Assembly: GCA_973895155.1 (NCBI GenBank)
Contig: OZ316896.1
Location: forward strand, 22,153,722-22,217,721
DNA: 64,000 nt
Direction of reading: 5' to 3'
From: Marsupella aquatica
Taxonomy: Eukaryota > Plantae > Marchantiophyta
How positions within the stretch are numbered: the stretch's first letter is position 1; every line of letters starts with the position of its first letter. Positions 1-11,569 of this stretch are shown here, in pieces. Under the pieces are notes generated by a model. That model had not been told where the DNA came from and did not search any database. It saw only the letters and a program-made list of their open reading frames with translations. A program made the position numbers and the translations under genes.

Positions 1-2044
1 TGCACGCCTCTTGAGAATCGGCTTCGCCCACTTGTACTGTTGTGGTTCCTTGCGTGAACTTGGAGGGGATCAGAACCTTCACTCCACCAGCAGTCGCGTC
101 CTGCAGTGTACTGTATTCTAGATAATTTACAAGAGCATTGATCAATGTTGTCTTTCCCACCCCGGTCTGGCCAAGTAGGAGGATATTAATGGAGTTTGGG
201 CCCGTGATTTTCGGCAGCTGCTCCTTGAGATCCTCCAGACTACGGAAGCAACGGTACTGACAACCATGTTGTGGATCGCAGCACTTGAATTGGCAATCCT
301 GCAGCAACACGCCTCCGCAGTTGCAGTAGAAGTGGTCACCTGGAATATATTTCATCGGTTGGTTGCAGCTATGGCAGACCCACTGTCGACGCTCTGCACT
401 GCATCTGGACTTAAGCGCCAATGGACAGATGAAACCGGTGACAGTGATATTCCGCGGGGGGCGACCGAATTTGTCGATGCTCGTCCAGCGGATGATGTTT
501 TGCGTCACTGCGGAGGCTGTGTCTTTCACGACGTCGTTGGTGACAAGACGACCATTTGAATATCGGGCGATATGGACGGAGAGATTGGCTCCTGGTGCAT
601 GAGAATGGAGCGCTACATCCACAATTACGAACTTCGGGGACATCGAGAGCGCAGTGCCAGTGGTCAAGGAACCCGCAACACCATTGTCCGTGCTCTTAAG
701 AGCTTCGTTTCTTTCCTTTATCTTTTCCTGGAACACTGAATTTGTGTTTTGCCATTTCTCAGTACTGCGTTGTGCATCGGAGTAGTAAAGGATATAGACA
801 TCCTGGTTGTCGTGCTGTGCCACAAAATTATCGATGGAATTGGCCTTGGGCAGGAAGTCCACATCTTTGTCTTTCATCGTCTGAAAGAAATTCATCTTGT
901 TCGTCAAGGCGCTCTTCTTGTCTATGAAGACAGGAATTTCGTGAGCACCGTGAGGGTTCTCGTGGTACTTCCTAAGGACATCATGGAGGATAGACGTAGC
1001 ATCACCCTTTTGTCGAATCGCCAAGATAGCATGCTTCAGGCTACCTCGGAACTCCGCATCAGCAGTGTTGACCTTCTGCTGATAATGGATGCACTCTTTC
1101 AAGTCCTCTTGCGACACATGCTCGCTGAAATCTTTTACTTCTGCCACGAAGTCATGGAGGATCTGCTTCTGATGCACTATGTTGTCGACCTCTGCTTCCA
1201 CATTCCCAATGCAGGCAACATCAATATCATTCTTCAGCTTGTCCTCCTTAATAGAAGTTCCAAAGTGATCTGCCAGGCGGTCGAGTGGATATAATTCGAC
1301 TTCCAGAGGTATGCCCTTCCCGTGATTGAACTTCTTGATCAACTGTGGAATCGCCTTCATGAGATCCAGCGCGTCCTCGACTGTCTGCGGTGCCGGCCGA
1401 TCATCTGGTACCACATCTCCCTGCACTTTGATAGAGAATGTATCCATCTCATGGTTCTCCTTGTCACTGTATATAACGGCCCCCTTACCAGAGATTTGTA
1501 CTGCAATGTGCGTGAGAGTTGATTGCAGCGCTCCTGCGATCTCCTTTGCCTGAAGGGAGTTGTCCACCTTCCTCTCAAATGTCACAAAAACATTGGCACC
1601 CCAACGGATCTTGGACACCACGTGGGTCGCCTCGGGTTTGAGAAACTGCTCCGTGATGACGCACGGGCTCAACTTTTCGTGGTGCAGGTTGATGGTGTCC
1701 TCCTTTGTAGTAATGCTGTAGATCAGCGTCGCACGAACTACCTTCTGACTGTTGACCTCATCGTTCAGATACTTTCCCGAGCCTGAGAGCGAGAGGAGGC
1801 CAGATAACACGCTGATCTTCAGACCCGCTTCGACGCTGAGCTTGTGGAACTTGTGTTGATAAGTATGCTCATAAGTGTATTCACTGAAGATGTTTGGGAC
1901 ATCAATGGAGGTGATGGCTTCGTCGGGTGCTGCGGACCTGAGCAGGGAGACGGTACAGAATTGATCTCGGCGAACATCATACAGATCACAAAGTGAGGCA
2001 CCGCGACCCAAAGTCTTACGGTGCACTATACCGGCGCTATCCAT
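1..2044 (-). CDS. Stonustoxin/verrucotoxin-like MACPF-CDC domain + helical region + Cys/His-rich module + AIG1/septin-like GTPase fusion (3' partial, runs off window)
   Basis: Manually translated stop-free frame from ATG 2044 to the window edge. It reads MDSAGIVHRKTLGRGASLCDLYDVRRD...SVEAGLKISVLSGLLSLSGSGKYLND...ATHVVSKIRWGANVFVTFE...FSIKVQGDVVP...PQTVEDALDLMKAIPQLI...GIPLEVELYPL, matching SNTX-family motifs. It continues WVCHSC...FYCNCG...FKCCDPQHG and then NILLLGQTGVGKTTLINAL (P-loop). The plus-strand ORFs at 266, 749, 1322 and 1523 are in-register antisense shadows. Confidence 0.85.
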   Translation of the reverse strand, partial: MDSAGIVHRKTLGRGASLCDLYDVRRDQFCTVSLLRSAAPDEAITSIDVPNIFSEYTYEHTYQHKFHKLSVEAGLKISVLSGLLSLSGSGKYLNDEVNSQKVVRATLIYSITTKEDTINLHHEKLSPCVITEQFLKPEATHVVSKIRWGANVFVTFERKVDNSLQAKEIAGALQSTLTHIAVQISGKGAVIYSDKENHEMDTFSIKVQGDVVPDDRPAPQTVEDALDLMKAIPQLIKKFNHGKGIPLEVELYPLDRLADHFGTSIKEDKLKNDIDVACIGNVEAEVDNIVHQKQILHDFVAEVKDFSEHVSQEDLKECIHYQQKVNTADAEFRGSLKHAILAIRQKGDATSILHDVLRKYHENPHGAHEIPVFIDKKSALTNKMNFFQTMKDKDVDFLPKANSIDNFVAQHDNQDVYILYYSDAQRSTEKWQNTNSVFQEKIKERNEALKSTDNGVAGSLTTGTALSMSPKFVIVDVALHSHAPGANLSVHIARYSNGRLVTNDVVKDTASAVTQNIIRWTSIDKFGRPPRNITVTGFICPLALKSRCSAERRQWVCHSCNQPMKYIPGDHFYCNCGGVLLQDCQFKCCDPQHGCQYRCFRSLEDLKEQLPKITGPNSINILLLGQTGVGKTTLINALVNYLEYSTLQDATAGGVKVLIPSKFTQGTTTVQVGEADSQEAC

Positions 2045-2452
2045 GATGAGTGGTGAGGCGTGGGAACGAACATTGAATGTCAACTGATACTCCAACTAAA
2101 AGTGCCCCAAATCTTCAAATGTCGTTTTGTGCGAATGAAGATCGACTGGTACTGGTCCAACTTATCAACCGAGATTGTTAGACCCAACTCGCATGTGAAG
2201 GGTCCCAAGAAATGAGACCCTAAACTTTGACAATGTCAGGATATGTATGAACGCGAATTCCATGCAGCATCCCCCTCCAACGCCAGTCCTGACGCCAGTT
2301 TTTCCGGGGTCCCAAGGGCAAGGGCCGGAAAGAGTCCGGCCCTTGCAGGTCGCGACCTTTGATTGCCTAATACGATAAAACTGGTCTCATGACACATGTC
2401 AGTAAAAGAGCAAAGCAGCATATACAGTGTCTTTTCGGTTTTCGGTAGTCAC

Positions 2453-2496
2453 CCTGCAAACTAGGCCTGCAAACTAGGCCTGCAAACTAGGCCTGC
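2453..2496. repeat. 13-bp tandem repeat (CCTGCAAACTAGG) x3.4
   Basis: Exact tandem copies visible about 400 bp upstream of the MACPF-GTPase ATG. Confidence 0.9.
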
Positions 2497-4187
2497 GATA
2501 AGCTACAGTAGGAAGTGGGGATTCTGGCACTCCGCAAGTCTCTTTGTACTCCTACGGAACTCGCACCTCACAGACTGATCAAAATTTGTGGTCGACAACA
2601 TTCAAAATCACGAAGTTTCCAAACCCTGCAAAAAGCACGAGGGATCTCGACTCACAAGCTACCAACACTGTTTTCGTCCTGACCAGGTACTTATTGAATG
2701 TACATGACCGTTACTCTGTTGCGAACGAATTGTAAGCTGAAGGTCTGAAATCTTGCAACATTGTCGGAGGTCTTTCTTCAGGTTATGGGTGCTCAAAAGC
2801 TGAAGCTCTCTTTTATTCATCGTCGTTCATTTGCTTCTGCTGTGCACTGGAGTGATGTGGGATCAGCAACGCTTCTCGTTTTGTCTCTCTGTCACTGCTC
2901 GCTCTCACCTGAGTCTTTTCTGAGTGCTGAGATCCTGCTGTGCCTGTGTTGTCATGATCTCTGTCAAAGCTTTGCGAAATGAAGGGATTCTCGATCCAAT
3001 TTTCTTGCCGTGGACATTGAATTCCTCTTGTGTCGCTGTGTGCTTGCTTCTTTCTCTCTCGCTCGCCCTCGCCAAAGGTTTTAGGAGAGATGAGGGAATG
3101 AAATGTCAGTAGGATTTTGTGGGATAGCGATGGTGCGCCAGAATGTAATGTCTTATGTTTTTGAGTTCTTAGTAAGATAAAAGGTATCCAAACATTTCTC
3201 CTATGGCATAACTTCGACAGTCACCGACAGTTAGATAATCGTGGCGCTTCGTTGAGCCACAGCTCACCTTGACTGGATCAATCAATTCTTTGCTCGTTTT
3301 GGAAGCTGATCAGATACTCACCCGTCGTGCTTTGTTGAGCTACTTCATTGATTCCCCATCTTTGACTCATTTGGAATCTTTAAATTTATCGCTCTGTTGA
3401 AAGCTGATTGAATCGCGCATCACAGAGCCATACTGACCACTTCCCCCATCACCTAAGGCTTGCCTTGGCCTGCCTGAAGAAAGGCACCCTCACGGTGCTC
3501 GTAGCGACTTTTACGATTGACTATGCACCCAAATACTGCCGGAACCAAATCAGCTTGCTGCAGGAATTCCTCCGCAACACATCTTAGTCGGGGAGAAATT
3601 GGCCATTTCGTTCTGCAGATAACTGCTCCTCCATCCCTTCATATGGCTACACAGTAATATCTTTGACGAGATTCTTCCGGATCAAGATGAACTTATTTAC
3701 ACCTGATTTATCTAGATGTCAGCAATTGATTCGCGTCGGGGTCGCTTCAAAGCCGTGGACCACCGTGCCTGGAAATTTAGACAGCTGATAAGAATGCCGT
3801 AACCCACGATGGGGCGCCAGGATCAGGCACCAGAATAAACTTGTGAGCAACCAAAGACTCGTCTCTTTTGCCTTGGACGATGATCTCCACGGGAAGTCAG
3901 TGAGAGCTGACAATGCTTCTCCCGTTCACTTGGCACGTCGTAAGAAAACCTATTGCTTTGACTATTGCTTGTATCCGACATTCGGGATCCTCAAATCAAA
4001 GTCTGAAACCATGTACCATCCCCCGGCCGTTCCTGTTCCCCCCTCCCTTGTACAATTGTGATGGTGTATGCGTAGCTACATGTGTCAAGCAATAGTATTG
4101 TTTGCTGTTCCGTAGTCCCACAAATTAGACCCTCCGGGGGAGATTTATTGTTGTTCCAATTCCTTTCAGGGGTGCAGGTTCGACTCT

Positions 4188-4760
4188 ATGACTTCCGGAC
4201 ATGACTTGGAGGTTCTTGCAAAGGCATATTCGGGGAAGATAAAGGAGGCCAAGGATTACTTGACACACCTGGAGTCAGCTTTTGTTGACCAACTTTGGCC
4301 TGCTTTGCAAACCGAAATGTCAACTTCAAAAAACCTTGGTCGTGAGGCCCAACATCTCAAGCAAGAGATTGAAAGGTTGAAGGCAGACAACCGCAAGGTT
4401 CATGGAGACAACATTATGCTTGAATCCATGCAATCTGAGGTTGTTCAGATTTTGCAAAAGAGAGTACACAAACACAAGGCATTAGTTGTGGACAATGCAG
4501 GCGAGAGAAACATTGGCATAGGAACCCGTGCACCTTTGGTTCCAATTTCCCCCAACCTTTCCAAGATTGGGGCTCGCAACATAGATGTTGGACAGACAAC
4601 TGTGGGCAAGGGCAAATGTGCACTTCCCTTGGTGTCTACTACACCCGACATGTGCAACCCTACTGGGCCATCACCGCATGGCCAGGATGCTATTTCGTTG
4701 AGGCCCAGGAAGAAAATTTGTGTAGAGAGCGATTCTCTAGGTCTTGGGCCTTCACTATAG
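4188..4760 (+). CDS. Coiled-coil protein of unknown function, probable third Harbinger ORF
   Basis: 190-aa ATG ORF with a heptad-like stretch (EAQHLKQEIERLKADNRK) and basic RPRKK. An AG acceptor at about 4149 suggests an upstream exon. Confidence 0.45.
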   Translation: MTSGHDLEVLAKAYSGKIKEAKDYLTHLESAFVDQLWPALQTEMSTSKNLGREAQHLKQEIERLKADNRKVHGDNIMLESMQSEVVQILQKRVHKHKALVVDNAGERNIGIGTRAPLVPISPNLSKIGARNIDVGQTTVGKGKCALPLVSTTPDMCNPTGPSPHGQDAISLRPRKKICVESDSLGLGPSL

Positions 4761-5038
4761 AAAGAGTACCTTGTTGTTGTGCGAGAAAGAATTGTTTTGT
4801 TTCTACTTTAGCTTGGACATACTTTGTAGCTACCCAAAACTTTTTTGAAGTTTTCTTCAATTGTAAACTTTAATAAACTTTTGTTGTACTTATGTATCAC
4901 TAAACTTCCATACAATTGTGCACCTTCTTTGTATTTTGATTTGAATAAAATCCATCCATTTTGCCAATTTTTTGTGAATTCTGCCTTGTCAAATTCATTA
5001 AAGTGTTCTTTGAATTGCGTTCCACTTTGAGCCTTCAG

Positions 5039-6190
5039 ATGGACAGCCAGAATGTGAGTGATGTTCCAGGCCAAAGTGCACCTTCACGAGAAGGTGTGCC
5101 ATTCATTGACTTGGATCTCAACATCGGTCCATTTTGTACTCGTGCACCAGAACGTGTAGTGAAGAAGTTGCCGGTTTGGACAGACAAGGAGATGAAGGGT
5201 TTGATTGCAGCCAAACAAAATGAACACCAGAATGTTGTTATGGGCGGCTCTACACAGCAGAAGATGAGCGGCAACAAGTTGAAATGGAAGGCAGTGGCAG
5301 CATTTATGAAGGATGAGGGGTTCACTCAACCTATTCGAGATGCAGCATCGTGCAAGAAGAAGTGGCACATCATTGAGGACAAATTCAAAAAGATTTATGA
5401 TTATGAGAAGAAAGAGAAGACAGGAGAGATTTCTTATTTTGACATGGGTGACATGGAGCGACGCCAGAAGCGAATGCCCACTAATTTTTCTATAGACCTC
5501 TATGTAAAACTCTTGAGCTGGTATGCACATATTCCACGCGTCACCCCACCAGAGAGTTTTTTGTCAGATATCTCCGGGATGGACCTACACCATGATGAAG
5601 ACCCATTTGATCTTTCGTCCGCAAGTGAGAAACCTGTCCCATTCATGATGAATTTTATTTCTTTAATTGCATGATGCAACTATTGTGTTTCACTGTTGCA
5701 TTGACTACTTTAATTTCTTTGTGGAAATCTTCATTTTCCATTATGGCTTTAATGACTTGTATCTTTATTTTCCTCTTTCATTTACTAAATGCAAATACTG
5801 CAATATTGAACAGGTGATGACAATGTCGAGGTTGACAAAGACACGTCTGCACCATCGAGCCAGACACACTTCTCAGGGGCAGCGCAAGAGAGTGCGCAAC
5901 ACAACACGGTCAATACAGGTGGTATGCAGAGACCATCATCACCTCAGGACTTCTCTAGCCCGCGCAATCGAGGTGTGAAGCGCAAGGCAACCAAATCGGG
6001 GAGCGACAAACAGGCACATTTGAAAAGGATGTCCAACACTTGTGCTGAGATGGCCAAACATAATTTTGAATTCCAAGAGCGTGAGTGTAACATTCGAGAG
6101 CGTGAGTGTGAAATGCGAAAGGAGGACACAGTTGTTTTGGCCACAGCAATTACCGCAGCAGCAAGCAAGGCAGCCGGGTTTAGGGTTTAG
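5039..6190 (+). CDS. Harbinger Myb/SANT (trihelix-like) DNA-binding protein, exons 5039-5624 and 5814-6190
   Basis: WTDKEMKGLI...KWKAVAAFM...RDAASCKKKWHII trihelix motif. A phase-1 GT-AG intron joins it in frame to an acidic linker and coiled-coil tail. Confidence 0.8.
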
Positions 6191-6196
6191 GGTTTA
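6176..6196 (+). repeat. Interstitial plant telomere repeat (GGGTTTA)3
   Basis: GGGTTTAGGGTTTAGGGTTTA supplies the last codons (GFRV*) of the Myb ORF. Confidence 0.8.
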
Positions 6197-6489
6197 TGGC
6201 ACATTTCACTGAAGTTGTTATGAACAAGATTGGAAGTTCTTCACGACCTTCTCAGTAGAGTATGAAATACATAGTTTATGTACAGAAGCCAATACTCTAT
6301 GGATCTGAAGTGTATTCAATGCAAGTTCACTACATTAAAGTACAAACAAACTGTGAAAAGACTTTGATGCACACTGCAATTTCAAACTTCTTTTCAAATA
6401 TGCAAAGAACATTAATTATGTGTGGAAAGATCTTGCACTCATGGTCTATTATCTTTGTGGGCAGCAGCACATGTTTGTTGTTCATGCTC

Positions 6490-7802
6490 TCACTCTCTCT
6501 CTGGTAGCAAATGGTCCATCATCGCAATACGATAACTACGTCCATTACTGTAATTCAGATGTACAGCAGGGGGGCCTCCAGGTTCATAGGGAGGGTCTGG
6601 ATCTAAGCCCCAAGCCGGATCATACACATCTCCGCGGTCAATGCGAATATTATGAAGAAGACATGCACAAGTATTATAATGAGATAGTCGATAAGGGTGT
6701 GGCCGAAACATTTTGCGAGAAACAAATCTCCAACTATTCTTCAATTGACCAAAAGCACGCTCCACGCACATCCTGGTAGAGCTGAGCTTGTAGTTGAACT
6801 CGCTCTTTCTAGTATGCTCTCCTGCCACAGGAAAAGGGTTAAGCAACCAAGGATAAACAGGGTAACCAGCATCCCCAATAATGTACTCCCCTGTAGTGAA
6901 TCCACTTGGAGCTGTAAACGCCGGCCCCGAGAGTTTGGTATGGTGTCCCACAACATCGTTATAAAAACCTGACACTCTCAAAAGGCAAGAGTCTTGAATA
7001 CTGCCAGGCCATCCTGCAAACACATCCATAAATCGAAGCCGACTATCACAAACAGCCTGCATGGAAATGCTCTGACCATGCCTATAGTCATGATAATCGA
7101 TGGAATTTGTCCCAAGAGGTAACTCCACTTAAAATGAGTGGCGTCAATTGCACCGCAACAGTTTGGAAATCCTTGTAGTTGTCGGAACTCTTCTTTCACA
7201 TGTGCCATGGCCTCTCCTTGTGGCCAACTCAAATGTGTCCCTCTTGCGTGTACAATCAATGCCTTCACAAATCGCCAAATTACATCAGAAATACATGGGA
7301 CTGAAACCCCAAACATCTCTGAAAGTGTCAACAGCAAACACCCACTGGCAAATCTACGTAGAGCTATGGCAACTTGTCGCTCAACTGACAAGGTCCTGTT
7401 GGTCAACTTGCGTAGGCCAGGTGGGGGTTGTGTAGTCAAATCTCCTCGAACCAGATCACAAATGTAAGCAAATGTTGCAGGTGATACACGAAACAAATTT
7501 TTGAAGCGAACTGGGTCGTCTTCAATCACATGCATAAGGTACCACCCACTCCATTCTCTTGATCTAGGCTCGATATAATTTTGAGACAGAAGGCGATGAT
7601 CTCTGGAAAAAGCAAGTTCAATAGTTTGAAACAATTGAAACAAGTTTACAAAAAGTGTATCATCCACTTCACCCGGTCTATTTCTGCTTTCCATGAAATA
7701 GGTAGCAACAACACCCCACAAGTGCATCTGCTGCAAGAACACTTGGTGGAATAGAAGAAATGCTGAACAAATGATTTCCCATTCCTCGTCTGAAAGAACC
7801 AT
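6490..7802 (-). pseudogene. PIF/Harbinger DDE transposase with a 1-bp frameshift at about 7130
   Basis: FRVSPATFAYICDLV, LSVERQVAIALRRFASG and GAIDATH (D1) are in one frame. SISMQAVCD, GWPGSIQDS, GDAGYP (D2) and RMCVERAFGQLK (E) are in another, with the shift right after ATHF. Confidence 0.9.
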
Positions 7803-9670
7803 GTTTGAAATTGTTGAGTGTGAAACAGCCTGCACAATTAATGAAAGAAAAGAAACATGTGAATGAGTAAAAACCTTTCAGAACAATGACAGAAAGACAC
7901 ACATAAAAGAAACAAAATAAAACAATAACTTCAATAATGAGGGAAGACAATAAGGAGGGTCTGCATTTTGTGTAGAAACAAGGAATACCACCTGACCTAG
8001 ACATATGATAGCCCGGGTCATGTAATTCGTGCCTGGAATTGGATATGACTAATATATATCCCAAGCTGGGTGTACATGTTGCAGTTTCTTAGGAAGACAA
8101 TATGCTCATTTGCACATACTGTATATCACAGTACATGGAGTCCCGATTATGATTGACATTTCAAGGTTTGTGGCAGCTGAAGGGACGACTGTTTGGACTT
8201 ATCCACCCAAATGAATCGTAGTGGACTTTTATGCACCCAAATGAATGGTACTGGACTCACATGTATGGAACATGAGTGAAATTAAAAGTATGGCTACTAT
8301 ATGCATCCTTTATGCAGCCGTTAATAGACCTTGACAGGAAGTGATCCCTTCGGAAAGTAGCCTTGCTTTAGTAGTCTCGCGTTCGCCAAGCCTAATGTAG
8401 CTAGTGATAATCAAATCAGTCAAGCTCACTTGAGTATTCAAACATGAAATAATTGACACTGCATTGCTTTCTTGAAGTACCGCTTTGCAGAAGGGATTGC
8501 GCAGATTTTGACATAGCATTGCTTTCCCGACTTGAAGGTGGTAAACAAGTGAATATAAGTTTTAAAGTAAACCTGCTAAACCCTAAAGGTTACTCAAACA
8601 TGGTGTAGTCGGAAGTCGGAAGTGTTCCAAAAGTAGGCATGAGCTTAATTCTTCATTAACTAGGAACTTCAAACAAGTTTACATAGTGCTCCTTCAACTT
8701 GTTCTTGGGATTGTGAGCCACAAAAAATATACAGACTTATACTGAAGATGTGGAGGATTTTCCAGGAACGTTGACAACTACGAGAATGATTGAGAAATTC
8801 GTGTGATCACACCACCTCTGCATTTTCTCGTGCGACTTGAGGATCGTCCAGACGGACGGACTGCAAGATAGAAGGTTTGCTGTCGTAAGAGAATAGGCTA
8901 GCTTCAAAGCCTGGATTGCAAGCCGACGGTGTTTTGTACTGTTGTAACCATGTGGTCGAGCTACTCCATGATAGTCTTCTGTACTAGAGGTATCGATGGC
9001 TTAATACTGAATGGTCGCCTTTGACAATGAGAAACATTCTGAAGAGAGGATCCATGGCGGAATGTTTCCCGAACAATTGAAATATAGTGTCCCTCATTGA
9101 CTGTGCCAGACCACCGTAGACAGAGTGCCTTCTGAGCGAAGTCCTTCAATTCATTAGAATGAATCATCTTCGGAATAGATAGTACATTTTGGAAAGGTGA
9201 TTTATACAGATAGTTGTTCTAAGGCTCTTTGACTAATGTTCGACGTTCGCAGTCATGGTGCTGTTCTTACCTGTGTGAAATTGAAACAGAAAGAGCGAAA
9301 CTTCCGATCGAAGTGAAATGCGTGGAACTAGTCACTCGTGAACTTCCTAATGAGTCCCCAACTTGTAGCGCAATTCGATCAGCAAAGCGATGGTGGAGCA
9401 GATTGGAGGTGAACAATAGCGAACATGAAAAGGGAGTCAGAGTGATGGGGAGCGCACGCAGTTTCGCAGGCGGCATTTTGCAGGGACTCACAAGAACTGG
9501 CTGCCGTGGCCTGTATAATCTGCAGAGGCAAACGACAAGCGCGGACACGTAACAGAATGTGCAGGTGTGACACGTAGCGGCATCACGGATTTTGTGGGAT
9601 AAGCAACGCTTGCTTTTCGCCTGCAGACTCGAGAGTGCTAAGGACAGGCCGCTAACATGCGAGTTGAGCA

Positions 9671-10274
9671 TTAGTTCTCCGATGTAGCGTCCGTCGCAAA
9701 TCCTTAAAAGTCTCGTATGGGGTTCTTCCTCGCTTGAGAAAAGAATGACGTCTTCGGCCACAGCAGTAGATTGCGCGTTGATCAGAAAACCGAAGACCCG
9801 TCTACAAGTGTGCGCGTGTTGGCTTCAGAAGTTGGTCACATGGCTTCAGCGGCATCTTCCAACAGTCTGACCGCTAAATTGGCTCCTACCGTCGAAGCGG
9901 CCAAGAGCATCACAGTATCACACCTCGCGCTTGGATTAAACCCACAGCAAAATGAGATGGGGAAAATTCCGTTGTCAAAAGGGGTGACGGTAGGATTGAA
10001 TCGGATTGGTGAGTCATTCGCGAGGAGGTTGGAAGCTGTAGAGAAAGAGCTCACACGCTTGTGAACCCTGGCCGGAGCCAATTTCTGGTGGGCAAAAATT
10101 TGCCAATAGCTTAACTCAAAACCCAGTTGGCGAATGATACCAGGGATAAGATTTGAACAAATTTCTCGCCACCATGGAATGTGGAGGAGCTTTACAATGG
10201 CCAGAAACGACTGTAAAATGGCCAGTGTACCTTGGCCAAAAAGTATACACTGTTTTGAGGGTGGTATTATGGGA
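9671..10274 (-). repeat. Repeat X, left copy (inverted relative to 36702-37526)
   Basis: About 540 bp (9671 to ~10210) align to the reverse complement of ~36955-37526; both ORF-track translations contain APARVHKRVSSFSTASNLLA. On the minus strand it begins A|TCCCATAATACC and ends GAACTAA|T. Confidence 0.9.
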
Positions 10275-10299
10275 TACTAGCTCAATACCTGTGCGTTGC

Positions 10300-11560
10300 A
10301 CAAAAGATGTCGTGACGGCCAAGATGTAGTTGAGAACAAAAGAAGTCATGTCAGCCAAGAGGTTGTTGAGAAGAAAGATGTCGTGTGGGCAAGATGTTGA
10401 TGATAAACAAAATATGTCGTGTCGGCCAAGATGTCGTTGAGAACAAAAGATGTCGTGTTGACTAAGATGTCATGTCGGCCAAGATTTAGTTGAGAAAAAA
10501 AATGTCGTGTCGACCAAGAGGTTGTTGAGAAAAAAAGTTGTATTGGCCAAGAGGTCGTTGAGAAAAATGATGTCGTGTTGGCCAAGATCTCATTGATAAA
10601 AAAGATGTCGTGTGACTGGCCAAGAAATCATTGAGATAAAGGATCTTGTGTTGGCAAAGAAGTCGTTGAGAAAAAAATGTCATGTCGGCCAAGACGTCGT
10701 TGAGAGAAAATATGTTGTGTCGGGCAAGACATCATTGTGAAAAAAGAGTCGTGTCGGCCAAGACATCGTTGAGAAAACAGATGTCGTGTTGGCCAAGACG
10801 TCATTGAGGAAAAATATCAGTGCATTGCACAAAAGATGTCGTGTCGCCCAAGATGTTCTTATCTGAAAGATGTCATGAAGTAAAAATATGTTGTTAAGAA
10901 AAAAGAAGTCATTTTTCCAAAGATGTCATTATGTGAAAGATGACGTTAAGAAAAAGGTGTCATTTTGCCAAACTAAGTGATTGTGAAGTAAAAAATGTTA
11001 TAAATAAAAAGGTGTTGTTTCACCCAATATGTCATTAATATGTGAAAGATGGCTCAATGCCCATGCGTTGCACAAAAGATGTCGGAAAAAATATGTTGTG
11101 TTGCCAAAGATGTTGTCATGAAAAAGGTGATGTTGCCAACAATTTTGTTAAGTAAAAACATGTTCTGTTGTCAAAGATTTTTTTAAGAAAAAAGATGTCA
11201 TGTTGCCAAAGAAGTTGTTAATATGTGAAAGATGTTGTGAAGTAAAAAGATGTCATTAAGAACTATGATGTCGTGATGCCAAAGGTGTCGTGAAGAAAAA
11301 ATGTTCTTATGTGAAAAATGTTGTGAAGTAAAAGATGTCGTTGCACCAAAGATGTCTTTATGTCCAAGATGTTGTCAGGTAAAAGATGATGTTTTACGAA
11401 AGATGTTATTAAGTATTTTTTTGTCAAGTACAAAATGGTCGATAAGTAAAGGGATGTCATTAGACAAAGATGTAAGTTGTGAAGTAAAAGATGTTCTTAA
11501 GTACAATTGAAAATATTGCTAGTAAACCATGTTAAGTAAAAAAAGTTGTTAAGTTGTTGC
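10300..11560. repeat. Degenerate minisatellite array, ~36-bp unit CCAAGATGTCGTTGAGAACAAAAGATGTCGTGTCGG (core AAGATGTCGT)
   Basis: Dozens of decaying copies, best conserved next to the CTAG end. Confidence 0.9.
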
Positions 11561-11569
11561 CACTTTTTT

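Larger units (their letters stand above)
4188..7802. mobile_element. PIF/Harbinger DNA transposon (gene-bearing core; termini not located)
   Basis: Convergent Myb/SANT gene and DDE_Tnp_4-type transposase, the canonical PIF/Harbinger pair. TIRs and TSD were not found by eye. Confidence 0.8.

Noticed and set aside
50-70. Apparent frameshift in the left GTPase relative to its paralog
   Set aside because: Re-reading gives CCC TCC AAG TTC, collinear with CCA TGC AAG TTC; the frame is intact.
266-1786. Plus-strand ORFs of 97, 181, 66 and 87 aa
   Set aside because: All are in the same codon register as the long minus-strand MACPF-GTPase ORF, so they are antisense shadows.
3100-9670. TIRs and TAA/TTA TSD for the Harbinger
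   Set aside because: No convincing inverted pair was found by eye, so the boundaries are left undefined.
9229-10081. ORFs of 107, 164 and 97 aa around repeat X
   Set aside because: They have no recognisable motifs, and the second copy of X has indels that break the frames.
10300-11560. ~36-bp periodic arrays (also 20380-21660) as a CRISPR array
   Set aside because: There are no unique spacers, the repeats are degenerate, there are no cas genes and the context is eukaryotic. The ORFs called over them are repeat artefacts.
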